Position numbers and translations under genes: made by a program. The notes beneath the pieces were generated by a model. The model saw only the letters and a program-made list of their open reading frames with translations, was not told the DNA's origin and did not search any database. A stretch of DNA of 43,919 nucleotides from a virus (Duplodnaviria; Caudoviricetes): IMG/VR virus record IMGVR_UViG_3300050330_000111, positions 1-43,919 of that record, one strand, 5' to 3'. This document shows, piece by piece, positions 27,254-35,126 of this stretch. Position 1 is the first letter of the stretch; every line of letters starts with the position of its first letter.

Positions 27254-27787
27254 CTAGCCGGGGAGCACGCGACTGAGTTCGTGCGCGACGCGATCCGCGA
27301 TGTTGGAGCTGCCGGCCTCGAAGGCAGCCTTGCTTTCGTCTTTGACGATCTCGCGCGCGATGTTCGGGCCGAACATGGGCTTGATGGGGAAGCGTGACTT
27401 CCCTACTCGCCTGAACACCCTCCCGCCGTACCTGCCGATCATGAACGTGGATTTGAAAACGCGTCGCGTGTTCCACGGTGCGGCGGAGACGCCGCGCTGT
27501 CCTTGGCGCGCGCCGAACAGGTTGAGGTTCGTTTCAGTGCCCCGAGCTTCGAGCGTGTAGGTGAGCGAAGCCGGCGTCGAGTAGATGGTCTTCATCGCCT
27601 GATTGATCAGGCCGTACTTGATCCCGGTCTGCTGGACGAGCGCGCGCTTGACCTGAGTGCGCCCCTTGTCGCCCTCGTGGTTGAGGGATCGCGACATGAT
27701 CACGCGAGCTTGGCCTTCACCGAGAACTGCGAGCTGATTGCCGAAACGGTGCAGGACGTCGTCACGAAGGTTGATCGTGATGTCCAT
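27254..27787 (-). CDS. Lambda gpZ-like minor tail/morphogenesis protein
   Basis: SRSLNHEGDKGRTQVKRAL...VFRRVGKSRFPIKPMFGPNI pattern. Confidence 0.75.
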   Translation of the reverse strand: MDITINLRDDVLHRFGNQLAVLGEGQARVIMSRSLNHEGDKGRTQVKRALVQQTGIKYGLINQAMKTIYSTPASLTYTLEARGTETNLNLFGARQGQRGVSAAPWNTRRVFKSTFMIGRYGGRVFRRVGKSRFPIKPMFGPNIAREIVKDESKAAFEAGSSNIADRVAHELSRVLPG

Positions 27788-28163
27788 GCGACGGTCCGAA
27801 CTTTTCGATCAGCCAGTCCGCGAAAGATAGCCTGGTCAGTCCCATCAACCGGGCCTCGCGGTAACCCTGATTGATCTCCTGCCTTCGCTTTTTCGGTAGC
27901 TCGCGGTGCCACTGGGTCGCGGCATCACGTTTCCCCCGGGCGATTTCCACCTCAACCGAGCGCGCGTTCCGAAGGAACTCGCGCGTGGAAATCTCGAGTT
28001 GACGCCTTCGTTCGCGCTCTTGTGCCGGTGTCGGCAATCGTCTGCCCCAGACGCCAGTGCCAATATAAGCCGCAAGCGCTCGGCGCTGACGCGCCGCGCT
28101 TGCTATTAAGCAATGGTGCGGCCTCGCGCGTCGGGCGAGCGATGCCACGCGAAAAACGACCAT
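27762..28163 (-). CDS. Hypothetical basic protein (start uncertain)
   Basis: C-terminal ~100 aa look protein-like (QERERRRQLE...SFADWLIEKFG); no clear RBS. Confidence 0.4.
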   Translation of the reverse strand: MVVFRVASLARRARPHHCLIASAARQRRALAAYIGTGVWGRRLPTPAQERERRRQLEISTREFLRNARSVEVEIARGKRDAATQWHRELPKKRRQEINQGYREARLMGLTRLSFADWLIEKFGPSHGHHDQPS

Positions 28164-28170
28164 GTAAAGG

Positions 28171-28434
28171 GGGACAAGCAGGGACATTATACATGTCCCC
28201 CTTCATGTCCCCTTGGTGGATGGTGGTTTGAACACCACCGTGTTGCCTTGAAATCTCGCGTGTTTTTGCGGTTTTTGGTCGATGTGAGCACCACCCTCAA
28301 ATTTTTTTTGGCCTCTTGTGTAAAATCGCGCTTGTCCCCCTTATTTGTCCCCTCAGAATGGTCCGGTCCGCGCGGCACTCGCGTCTGATTTGTGGTGCGT
28401 CGAGGGGACAAGAGAGGGGGACAAGGTATGTCCC
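28171..28434. repeat. GGGACA/TGTCCC iteron-like array A (9 copies, mixed orientation)
   Basis: GGGACA at 28171, 28181, 28405, 28418; TGTCCC at 28194, 28206, 28333, 28346, 28429; T-rich tracts between. Confidence 0.85.
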
Positions 28435-28453
28435 CCTGCTGGAAATCGGGCCC

Positions 28454-28591
28454 ATGGGCTGGCGCGGGCAGGACGAACGAGAGCTGGCAGCGATGCGCGA
28501 GCATCGCCGGTTGCCACTCCGCCAGCGGCGCATCGCCCTCTTGACCGTCACCGTGATCGCGGTGGCGGCCACCTTCATCGCACGCCGCTGA
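28454..28591 (+). CDS. 45-aa small membrane protein
   Basis: MGWRGQDERELAAMREHRRLPLRQRRIALLTVTVIAVAATFIARR; basic N-terminus plus TM segment. Confidence 0.45.
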   Translation: MGWRGQDERELAAMREHRRLPLRQRRIALLTVTVIAVAATFIARR

Positions 28592-28641
28592 CCGCCCGGC
28601 GCGGCCCGTGCGCATCCTCCGCCGGGCCGCGTGGTGTCGGA

Positions 28642-28698
28642 ATGTGTGGTCGCGTGCGCCTCTCCAGCCAAGACCTCATCCTCCCGATCGCGGTCTGA
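28642..28698 (+). pseudogene. Remnant of SRAP/YedK (SOS response-associated peptidase) gene
   Basis: MCGRVRLSSQDLILPIAV*: starts with the MCGR N-terminus typical of SRAP proteins. Confidence 0.5.
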
Positions 28699-28709
28699 GC
28701 GCGCGCGCC

Positions 28710-28946
28710 ATGCGGAGCCCGCGGGATCAGGCCGAACGGATGCGCCGCCAACGCGACGCGCGGCAGCACGACGACAGCTATGTGAGGGAGACGTTCACCG
28801 CGCCGCGCGCCGAGGCGCGCGAAACCGCGAAGGCATGGCTGCGCAGGTTTCCGAAGGCTGCCTACGGCAGCGAGGTCGAGACATGGCGCGAACTTCCCGA
28901 CGACGTGATCGAGTTCACGATGCGACGGTTGCGGTCAGCTGATTGA
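28710..28946 (+). CDS. Conserved alphaproteobacterial small hypothetical protein, 78 aa
   Basis: RETFT.PR.EAR...FPKAAY..EVE.WRELPDD.IEFTMRRL.SAD pattern recalled from rhizobial proteins. Confidence 0.8.
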   Translation: MRSPRDQAERMRRQRDARQHDDSYVRETFTAPRAEARETAKAWLRRFPKAAYGSEVETWRELPDDVIEFTMRRLRSAD

Positions 28947-28952
28947 TCCAGA

Positions 28953-29198
28953 CTACTTGTCCTTGATGGGCGGTATTCCACCGCCGCCGCCAATGCCCCC
29001 ACCGCCCCGTGGCGTGTACGTTCCCGATGAGCCGCCACGACCGGACGGGATCGTCACCTTGGCGGCCGGACCGGAGCCGCCGGAAGGCTTTGAGCCGGAT
29101 GGTTTTGACATGCCGCCAGAAGATTTTGCGGCAGGCTGTTTGTGTCCTGAGGTCGATCCGCCCGACTTGGAGGTGGGCGACGTTGGCTTGATGGCCAT
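28953..29198 (-). CDS. Gly/Ser/Lys/Pro-rich low-complexity protein, 81 aa
   Basis: ATG 29198 with GGAG RBS; stop converges on the stop of 28710..28946. Confidence 0.55.
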   Translation of the reverse strand: MAIKPTSPTSKSGGSTSGHKQPAAKSSGGMSKPSGSKPSGGSGPAAKVTIPSGRGGSSGTYTPRGGGGIGGGGGIPPIKDK

Positions 29199-29374
29199 GG
29201 CCGATCTCCGTGGTTACGATCGTCGGATCGTAACTTAACCGCCTTGCACCACAAGCACCTCTGTCATGGTCAGGATGTCGCACACCTGCTCGGCTTCGTG
29301 CCGACGGGCTTTCCGATTATATCCGGACGCGTGTTTCGACCCACGACAACCCGAGCCTCGGCGACACAGCGGCC

Positions 29375-29560
29375 ATGACGCTGCGCCTGCCGGGCCATTA
29401 TCCGGCCCGGATCGACGCGATGCTGGAGGACCGTGAGACGCGAGCGAACTTTATCCGCGCGGCGATCGAGCGCGAGCTGGCGCGGCGCGCGGCGCGCTTG
29501 ATCACTGCCCGCCGAATTTCGCATAGAGCGCGCGCTCGGCCTCTCTTCCAGCCAGCGTGA
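29375..29560 (+). CDS. Ribbon-helix-helix (CopG-like) DNA-binding protein
   Basis: MTLRLP...ARIDAML...TRANFIRAAIERELARR beta-alpha-alpha pattern. Confidence 0.6.
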   Translation: MTLRLPGHYPARIDAMLEDRETRANFIRAAIERELARRAARLITARRISHRARARPLFQPA

Positions 29561-29759
29561 TCTCGACACCGTCGGGGCCGGTCGGCTTAAGCCATCCACG
29601 CTCGAGCAGCTTGCGCACCGGCTCCATGGGCAATTCTGGCGCATCCTTCACCGGCGACCGAAAGATGCCATCGGGCTTCAGCCGGAACTTCCCGAAGATG
29701 AACGCCGCCGTGAGGGCGGCGCGCATTTCGCGGGTGGTTCGTTTCGGCGCTTCCAACAT
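29502..29759 (-). CDS. Small winged-helix-like protein, 85 aa
   Basis: ATG 29759; VRKLLERGWL...VEITLAGR wing motif. Confidence 0.6.
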   Translation of the reverse strand: MLEAPKRTTREMRAALTAAFIFGKFRLKPDGIFRSPVKDAPELPMEPVRKLLERGWLKPTGPDGVEITLAGREAERALYAKFGGQ

Positions 29760-29787
29760 GGCTACGATTGGAGAATTGATCCGAAAC

Positions 29788-30054
29788 CTATCGTCGTCGC
29801 GGCTGGTCGACCTGCGTTTGATAATCACCGCGAAGCGACGATGTCTCTCCACGTCGTTTCCACCCCTGAGGTGGCGGGATCGCATCATGCGCCTGCGCCA
29901 GCGTTTCGAGCCAAGCCGCCACACTCGCGGGGATATCAGCTTCACCAGATGCCCAGCGACGCACGAGCCGATCGTCGCATTCCAAGGTCGTAGCTAAGCC
30001 TCGCTGCGTCCAACGCAGCGAGGCCAAGCATTGAGCGAACCGATCGGGTGTCAT
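29788..30054 (-). CDS. XRE-type HTH protein, 88 aa
   Basis: MTPDRF..CL..LRWTQRGLA..L.CD.RLVRRWASGE..IP; ATGA-coupled to upstream gene. Confidence 0.8.
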   Translation of the reverse strand: MTPDRFAQCLASLRWTQRGLATTLECDDRLVRRWASGEADIPASVAAWLETLAQAHDAIPPPQGWKRRGETSSLRGDYQTQVDQPRRR

Positions 30055-30254
30055 CCGACCAGCTTCGTGAAAGCCGCGCCCGCGCCAAAGAGCGCAGCGC
30101 CGGCGGTCATGGCGGTGATGACGATTTGCCAAGGAGCTAGCGCGGTGTCGCGCGTGATCTTCCGGGTCTCGGCGGCGAACTTCCGAGTTTCCTCCTGCGC
30201 CCGCTCGATGCGCGCGATCTGCTCTTGCTGATCCATGGTCATAACGTCCGTCAT
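30051..30254 (-). CDS. Small membrane protein, ~67 aa
   Basis: IARIERAQEETRKFAAETRKI coiled coil then PWQIVITAMTAGAALFGAGAAF TM; GAGG RBS. Confidence 0.75.
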   Translation of the reverse strand: MTDVMTMDQQEQIARIERAQEETRKFAAETRKITRDTALAPWQIVITAMTAGAALFGAGAAFTKLVG

Positions 30255-30297
30255 TGGGGCTGCCCTCACAATCAGCCGGGGACTATCCACTCGGCTA

Positions 30298-30333
30298 TGT
30301 CCGCATAATGCGGACAATATGGGCGGTTGTCAA
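30298..30333 (-). promoter_or_regulatory. Sigma70-type promoter with palindromic operator
   Basis: TTGACA (30333-30328), 17 nt, CATTAT (30310-30305); inverted repeat TGTCCGCAT-A-ATGCGGACA at 30298-30316 overlaps the -10. Confidence 0.7.
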
Positions 30334-30821
30334 CCGTCTATTTTTGTGTGACGGACCATTGCATCGAGCATCGCAATTTTCTTCGAGTGCAGGAAATCAG
30401 CGTAGATTGCGACCTCGCCCCGCGCCCGCGCATCCCGAAACTCGCGGTTGATCGGGCGCAATCCGCCGCCGACGCGCATTGCCTCGATCTGCTCATTGAC
30501 GGCGTGGATGGCGGTGCGTGCGCGGCTGATGACCGTGTCCAGCGGCGTCAAGCCGATCCCCTCGCCCAGCGCGACTGAGACGATCTCATCCACCGCGGCC
30601 GAGACGCCGAGCCCTGCGAGCTTCGGCGTGGCGCACGCGAGCACATGGCTGGCGTATGTCACGCGCGCGCAGCAAAGCACGCAGCGGCCGGCGGCTGCGT
30701 CGAGCGACACCGCTGGCAAGACGCCGACGAGGACGCCGGCCTTCGCCGGCTCGACGTAGATGCCGACGATGCCGGCCGCGCGCAGAAAGTGATCCACCAG
30801 ACGTTCATTCCGCGTCGACAT
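30330..30821 (-). CDS. Hypothetical phage protein, 163 aa
   Basis: Abuts upstream stop; GAGG RBS; protein-like. Confidence 0.65.
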   Translation of the reverse strand: MSTRNERLVDHFLRAAGIVGIYVEPAKAGVLVGVLPAVSLDAAAGRCVLCCARVTYASHVLACATPKLAGLGVSAAVDEIVSVALGEGIGLTPLDTVISRARTAIHAVNEQIEAMRVGGGLRPINREFRDARARGEVAIYADFLHSKKIAMLDAMVRHTKIDG

Positions 30822-31478
30822 TTAGCGTTGGCCCTCAGCCGCACGGGCGCGGATGGCGTCGGCAATGCGATCCGCTTGCGCGCTGACCGCATCCATCGTC
30901 ATGTTTGCACTCGCCTGCTCAATACACGCCCGACGTATCTCCTCCCGCCCCGGCAACGGGCGAGGGGTGGTGTCACCTGCCGCGTGGCCTGACGGACCGG
31001 GCGCAACGCCGGCTACCCCACAAGCGATTGTTTTTTCGTCGCAGCTACGCGACCCCATGGGGCTAGGGTGGGCCCTTACATCCGTGGCCGTCTCATTGGA
31101 TGGCGTGTCTGCTACCACGCCGCCGTCAGTTCTTTGCGCCCGCTGGTGGGGCTCCTGGCGAAGGGCACGTCTAGCGGCGTTTACAGCGTTTGCCGTCTCT
31201 GAGTCGCCCCATTCTGGATCGGTATGATTTTCATCCGCGATCACAGGGCACGCCAATAAACGCTCCAACGCCTCCCGCGCCCCGTCTGCCGGGGCGGTGG
31301 AGGAGCGGGTGTTCCATTGTTTGATACTGTCTGCTTTTGTGAGCGCTGTCGTCTTCGGACCGAAGCACTCATCGTTCCGGCAATACACCTGACCAATGAA
31401 GCCGCCGGGCAGACCACCTAGCGTAGCGGGACCACCACAAAACGGGCACGGCAACAGATCGTTGTTATGCGAGGTCAT
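30822..31478 (-). CDS. Lar-family (restriction alleviation-like) zinc-ribbon protein with mosaic C-terminus
   Basis: ATG 31478; LLPCPFCGG...VYC..DEC...WNTR. Confidence 0.75.
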   Translation of the reverse strand: MTSHNNDLLPCPFCGGPATLGGLPGGFIGQVYCRNDECFGPKTTALTKADSIKQWNTRSSTAPADGAREALERLLACPVIADENHTDPEWGDSETANAVNAARRALRQEPHQRAQRTDGGVVADTPSNETATDVRAHPSPMGSRSCDEKTIACGVAGVAPGPSGHAAGDTTPRPLPGREEIRRACIEQASANMTMDAVSAQADRIADAIRARAAEGQR

Positions 31479-32299
31479 CGTACCGGCTCCTTTGCTTCGT
31501 TCAACGCATTCGCAATGGTTTCGAGGATCTGCGTCGGTTCGGGTGGCGCGTCGGGCTGCTCGGGGCCACTCGCCCATTGCTGCAACGTGATCAGCGCCCA
31601 TGCGTTGAGATGCGCAAGAAATCGCATTGGCCAGAGCAGGGCCTCGGCCGCGCGCGCCGCCTCATCGGCGGCGACGCCTCGCACCACGACATTGCGACCG
31701 ATCGACAGCGTGCCGGCACCGGCCTGCACCGCGAGTTCGCCGCTCTCATGTGTGTACGCCGGCCAGATCGACCCGAACGATTTCGGCCCGACCCGCTCTG
31801 GTGTCCGCTGCAAGACGTCCATCGCCTCGATCAGACGATTACCGACATGCCGCGCCGTCCACTTCGGCGGCAACGGATCAGGATTAAGCAATCCGGCACC
31901 GAGCCGGGCCGTGTCCAGCACTCGCCATGTCCCGGGGATCAGCCCCTCGCGCGGCGGCTCATGCGACTTAACATCCGAAAGATCGGGCTGCTCCACCGGC
32001 GCCGGCAGGGTCGGCGGCTTTGCAAACATGGCGTGTCGGCTGAGGTCTTTGCGGGTCCGCTTCTCGAGCTGCTTGCGCAGCTTCTTCATGCGCCGATCCT
32101 CTTCGGTGCGCTCTGCATCCCAGTTCTGCTGCGGATGAGGTTGCTGTGCGAGAGCGGCAGCGCGGCGCTCCATCGCAGCGCGGCGCGCAGCCTTCTTCTC
32201 CTCCCGCGCAGCCTTCTTCTGTGCGGCAGCGGCCAAGCGCTCGGCCTTGGCTTGCCTTCTCGCTTCGCGGAGTACGGCTTTGTCGGTCGCCTCGTTCAC
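31475..32299 (-). CDS. DUF6362-like protein, candidate late-gene regulator
   Basis: WTARHVGNRLIEAMDVL...P...GP....S.WP...AEALLWP...IANALN pattern; basic N-terminal coil; GTG start inferred. Confidence 0.6.
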   Translation of the reverse strand: MNEATDKAVLREARRQAKAERLAAAAQKKAAREEKKAARRAAMERRAAALAQQPHPQQNWDAERTEEDRRMKKLRKQLEKRTRKDLSRHAMFAKPPTLPAPVEQPDLSDVKSHEPPREGLIPGTWRVLDTARLGAGLLNPDPLPPKWTARHVGNRLIEAMDVLQRTPERVGPKSFGSIWPAYTHESGELAVQAGAGTLSIGRNVVVRGVAADEAARAAEALLWPMRFLAHLNAWALITLQQWASGPEQPDAPPEPTQILETIANALNEAKEPVR

Positions 32300-32344
32300 G
32301 CCCGCACCGCCCACGAAGTTGGATCGATCGAAGGGTCGTGGCGA

Positions 32345-32671
32345 TCAGTCATAACTGTCCCCAAGTTCGTCCTCGGTGTGATCTTCGAGCGCATAGCGGC
32401 TCGGCGGCTCATAGGGCTTGTTCGCCTTCATCACCGACTTCTCATCCGTAAGCGTGAACGAGAAGATGGAGCCGCCGCTATAGTAGAAGGTCTGCCAGCC
32501 GTTCGCATCCGGATCGCCCTTGATTGGAACATCGACGCGCAACATCTTCGCGCCGAACCGCTCCTCCTCGATGGTGCGGCCGGCATGACGCCGGTGGCCA
32601 AAAATCTCAACGATCGCCCATTCGAACTTCGGCTCGACATCGACAGTCGTCGGTTGCGCTTCTTCCATCAT
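32345..32671 (-). CDS. Conserved phage hypothetical protein, 108 aa
   Basis: WAIVEIFGHRRHAG...EERFG..MLRVDVP...YYSGGSIFS pattern. Confidence 0.8.
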   Translation of the reverse strand: MMEEAQPTTVDVEPKFEWAIVEIFGHRRHAGRTIEEERFGAKMLRVDVPIKGDPDANGWQTFYYSGGSIFSFTLTDEKSVMKANKPYEPPSRYALEDHTEDELGDSYD

Positions 32672-33051
32672 GCTGGTGCCCTTTCGAGGTTGGCGAGGTG
32701 GACGCGGAGGACGATTGCGGTGGTCGCTCGCGCAATGTCGGCATTGGTGACCTGATCTGCGCTCTTCCAGCCGCCGCGGTCGATGCGCGACCTCACGACA
32801 TGACCGCAGCGCACATGCAGGGTCAGCGTCGGCTGCTTGAGATAGCTTGCGAGGTGATATGCGCTGTCCAATTCACCGGTCGGGTCACCGATCGTCAGCG
32901 GCGCGTCCACGGCAAGCAAGATATCCTGCCCAAGCGCACGATCGGCGCCGTCGCCGTTCTCGAGGCGGATCAGCAGTCGCCTGACCTCGGCAGCCTGCGT
33001 GCGGAGCGCATCGGGCGTGTGGATGCGCGCGTCAACCATTGGCCTCGCCAT
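32668..33051 (-). CDS. Hypothetical phage protein
   Basis: ATG 33051 with GGAGG RBS; G.DRAL...PTGELDSA motif. Confidence 0.65.
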   Translation of the reverse strand: MARPMVDARIHTPDALRTQAAEVRRLLIRLENGDGADRALGQDILLAVDAPLTIGDPTGELDSAYHLASYLKQPTLTLHVRCGHVVRSRIDRGGWKSADQVTNADIARATTAIVLRVHLANLERAPA

Positions 33052-33268
33052 GCCTCCAAACGAAGCGGCCACGCTCGGTGACGACGAACGCCGCTTCCGG
33101 ATCGGTAGCGCCACCATTGACGTGGATCAGCCCATGTGCGCAAAGCTTTCTTGCCGTCGAGAGCTTGCAGATGTTGAGAATAACCGGGGCCCGACCGATC
33201 GCGTCGTATTGCGCCTTGGACCGGATTGCACGGGGGAGGACCGTGTCGTAATCGCTTACGATCATCAC
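33032..33268 (-). CDS. Small hypothetical protein (wHTH-like), 78 aa
   Basis: GTGA-coupled to ATPase; STARKL..HGLI...VVTERGR. Confidence 0.6.
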   Translation of the reverse strand: MMIVSDYDTVLPRAIRSKAQYDAIGRAPVILNICKLSTARKLCAHGLIHVNGGATDPEAAFVVTERGRFVWRHGEANG

Positions 33269-34911
33269 GGCGCCTCGCGAAGGAAAGTCGAGATCCGAAA
33301 GCGACCGCTCTCCTGCTCGATCAGGTTGGCTTTGCGGATCGATTTAACGCCGCGATACCAGTAGCCATTGCCGGGCTTAGCGTTGATCGCGGCCGAGAGT
33401 TCATCGGTGTCGACCCACGCTCCGCGCCTCTTGGCGAGGTAGGCGAGCATCGGGCCGCCAGGCGCGCCGACCTTGCCGGACCACTGTGTAACGATCTCAC
33501 TGAGCCCGAGCGGATCGCCACTACCAGCGCCGCGCTTCGCGACGACCTTTCCATCTCGCTCGGAGACGTGGCCGCCCTCCATCAAATCCTTTTTGCCACG
33601 ATAGAAATAGCCATTACCCGGCAGCATGGCCGCAACGATGCACGCATCGTCCCATGTGAGCCCATCGGGGTAGCGCTGGATTGCCTCCAGCAGCGCGGTG
33701 GCGGCACCGGAGAGGCTGCCATCGCTCTGTTGTCGTGCTGGCCTTGGCGACGCCTTGGGTGCCGGTGATGCCGGCAAGGACGTGTCTCGCGGCCGCACCG
33801 CGGCCGCCGGCTCCGACCGGCCCGGTGCGCCAGACATCAGTCGCCCGAAGACGTCGCGGAGACACGCATCGATCTGGCCAAACTGCTCGCGCCACTCCGT
33901 GGTGGCCAACGCATAACCGTCGGCGAAGCCCGCGTCGCGGCCGCGCTGTTCGGCGGCAGCAATCAGCTCAGGCGTCGGCGCGGCCGGTTGCCCCCCGCTC
34001 CCGCCCGACGGCGAGCGCCCTCTCGCCCCCTTCTCGGCCGCGGCTGCCACAGCGGCTTCGGCCAACGCTGCGCGGATCGGACCAAGGTCGACCTGCGCCA
34101 GTGTCTTCGGTGCGATCCGCTTCTCGCCAGCCTTCGGCGTCGCCGATGTGTCGAGCGTCTTGATCCGCGGGAAGCGCGTGCGGCTGAGTGCGTTGTCGAC
34201 GGTCGACCAGACCCAGGCCTCGCCGGTGTCGAGCCGCGCCAGCGTATCGAAGACCTCCTTCGCCTGGTCGCGGTCGCCGTTGCCGTCGACCCATGCCTTG
34301 ACGGCGTCGCGATCCTGCGGCGCCGGCAACCTGTGCATGATGAGGGTGGCCGCCTGCGTCAGTACATCCTTGGACAGCCGCGCCGGCCGCTGGGTGATGG
34401 TGATCAGCCTGAAGCCGCGGAAGCGGCCGCGCCGGCAAATCCAGTCGATTTCCGAATGGAGCGCCTTGCTGTCGTCGCCCATCGGGTTCTGCGGCGCGAA
34501 CACGTCCGCTTCCTCGAGCACGAGGGTCAGCGCCTCGGTGTTTACCCGACGCAGCTCGCGCAGGAACGCCAGCAGGAAAGACTGCTGCGCAGTCTTGGAC
34601 AATTCCGAGATATCGAGAACGGCCGGGACATTGTTGCGGGCGATGACGTCCGCGATCGGCACCGCCGCGGCTGGCTCGAGCGGAAGGTCGCCGTGCTGCC
34701 CGCCGAAGATCGCCACCGGATAGCCTGCGCTGCACCCGTCGGCACCGGTCCGCAGGCCCGCCCACACACCGAGCGGGTCGAGGATCAGGACGCGCCGTCC
34801 CATGTCGAGCAGCCGCTCGACAAGCCCCTTCGAGGTGTAGGTTTTGCCGCCGCCTTTGCGGCCAAGCACGGCAATGTCTTCTTCGAGATAGGTATCTGAA
34901 AAAGTTGTCAC
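33265..34911 (-). CDS. HerA/FtsK-like (DUF87) ATPase with tandem C-terminal winged helices
   Basis: GRKGGGKT Walker A, ILDPLG, LVLEEAD.FAPQ Walker B, RRGRFRG...TQRPA..SKDVLTQ. Confidence 0.88.
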   Translation of the reverse strand: MTTFSDTYLEEDIAVLGRKGGGKTYTSKGLVERLLDMGRRVLILDPLGVWAGLRTGADGCSAGYPVAIFGGQHGDLPLEPAAAVPIADVIARNNVPAVLDISELSKTAQQSFLLAFLRELRRVNTEALTLVLEEADVFAPQNPMGDDSKALHSEIDWICRRGRFRGFRLITITQRPARLSKDVLTQAATLIMHRLPAPQDRDAVKAWVDGNGDRDQAKEVFDTLARLDTGEAWVWSTVDNALSRTRFPRIKTLDTSATPKAGEKRIAPKTLAQVDLGPIRAALAEAAVAAAAEKGARGRSPSGGSGGQPAAPTPELIAAAEQRGRDAGFADGYALATTEWREQFGQIDACLRDVFGRLMSGAPGRSEPAAAVRPRDTSLPASPAPKASPRPARQQSDGSLSGAATALLEAIQRYPDGLTWDDACIVAAMLPGNGYFYRGKKDLMEGGHVSERDGKVVAKRGAGSGDPLGLSEIVTQWSGKVGAPGGPMLAYLAKRRGAWVDTDELSAAINAKPGNGYWYRGVKSIRKANLIEQESGRFRISTFLREAP

Positions 34912-35114
34912 AGCTTATCCCCTTCTCTGAAAAGCGGACCCTCCTTGAGCTTGTCGCGATAGTCGTCGCGCACCGCGATCATCACGGCCAACTGCCGATC
35001 CGCGGTTGTCTTCTTTATCTTCCCGGCATCGATGAGCCGCGGATACACGCGGTGCCGCTGCGCGATCTCGCGTTCGATCTCCTTCAGCTTTTCTTCCAGC
35101 GTGAACGTCTGCAT
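34908..35114 (-). CDS. Conserved phage hypothetical protein, 68 aa
   Basis: EIEREIAQRHRVYPRLI..GK....ADRQ.AVM.A; GAGGTGGA RBS. Confidence 0.8.
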   Translation of the reverse strand: MQTFTLEEKLKEIEREIAQRHRVYPRLIDAGKIKKTTADRQLAVMIAVRDDYRDKLKEGPLFREGDKL

Positions 35115-35126
35115 CGCTCCACCTCG

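Noticed and set aside
28171-28434. Possible CRISPR or mini-array
   Set aside because: Repeats are only 6-9 bp, in mixed orientation, with no regular spacers and no cas genes
28200-28720. Alphaproteobacterial LexA box (GTTC-N7-GTTC) near the SRAP remnant
   Set aside because: No convincing match found
28957-29238. Pro-rich plus-strand ORF
   Set aside because: Mirror of the Gly-rich minus ORF, which has the ATG and RBS
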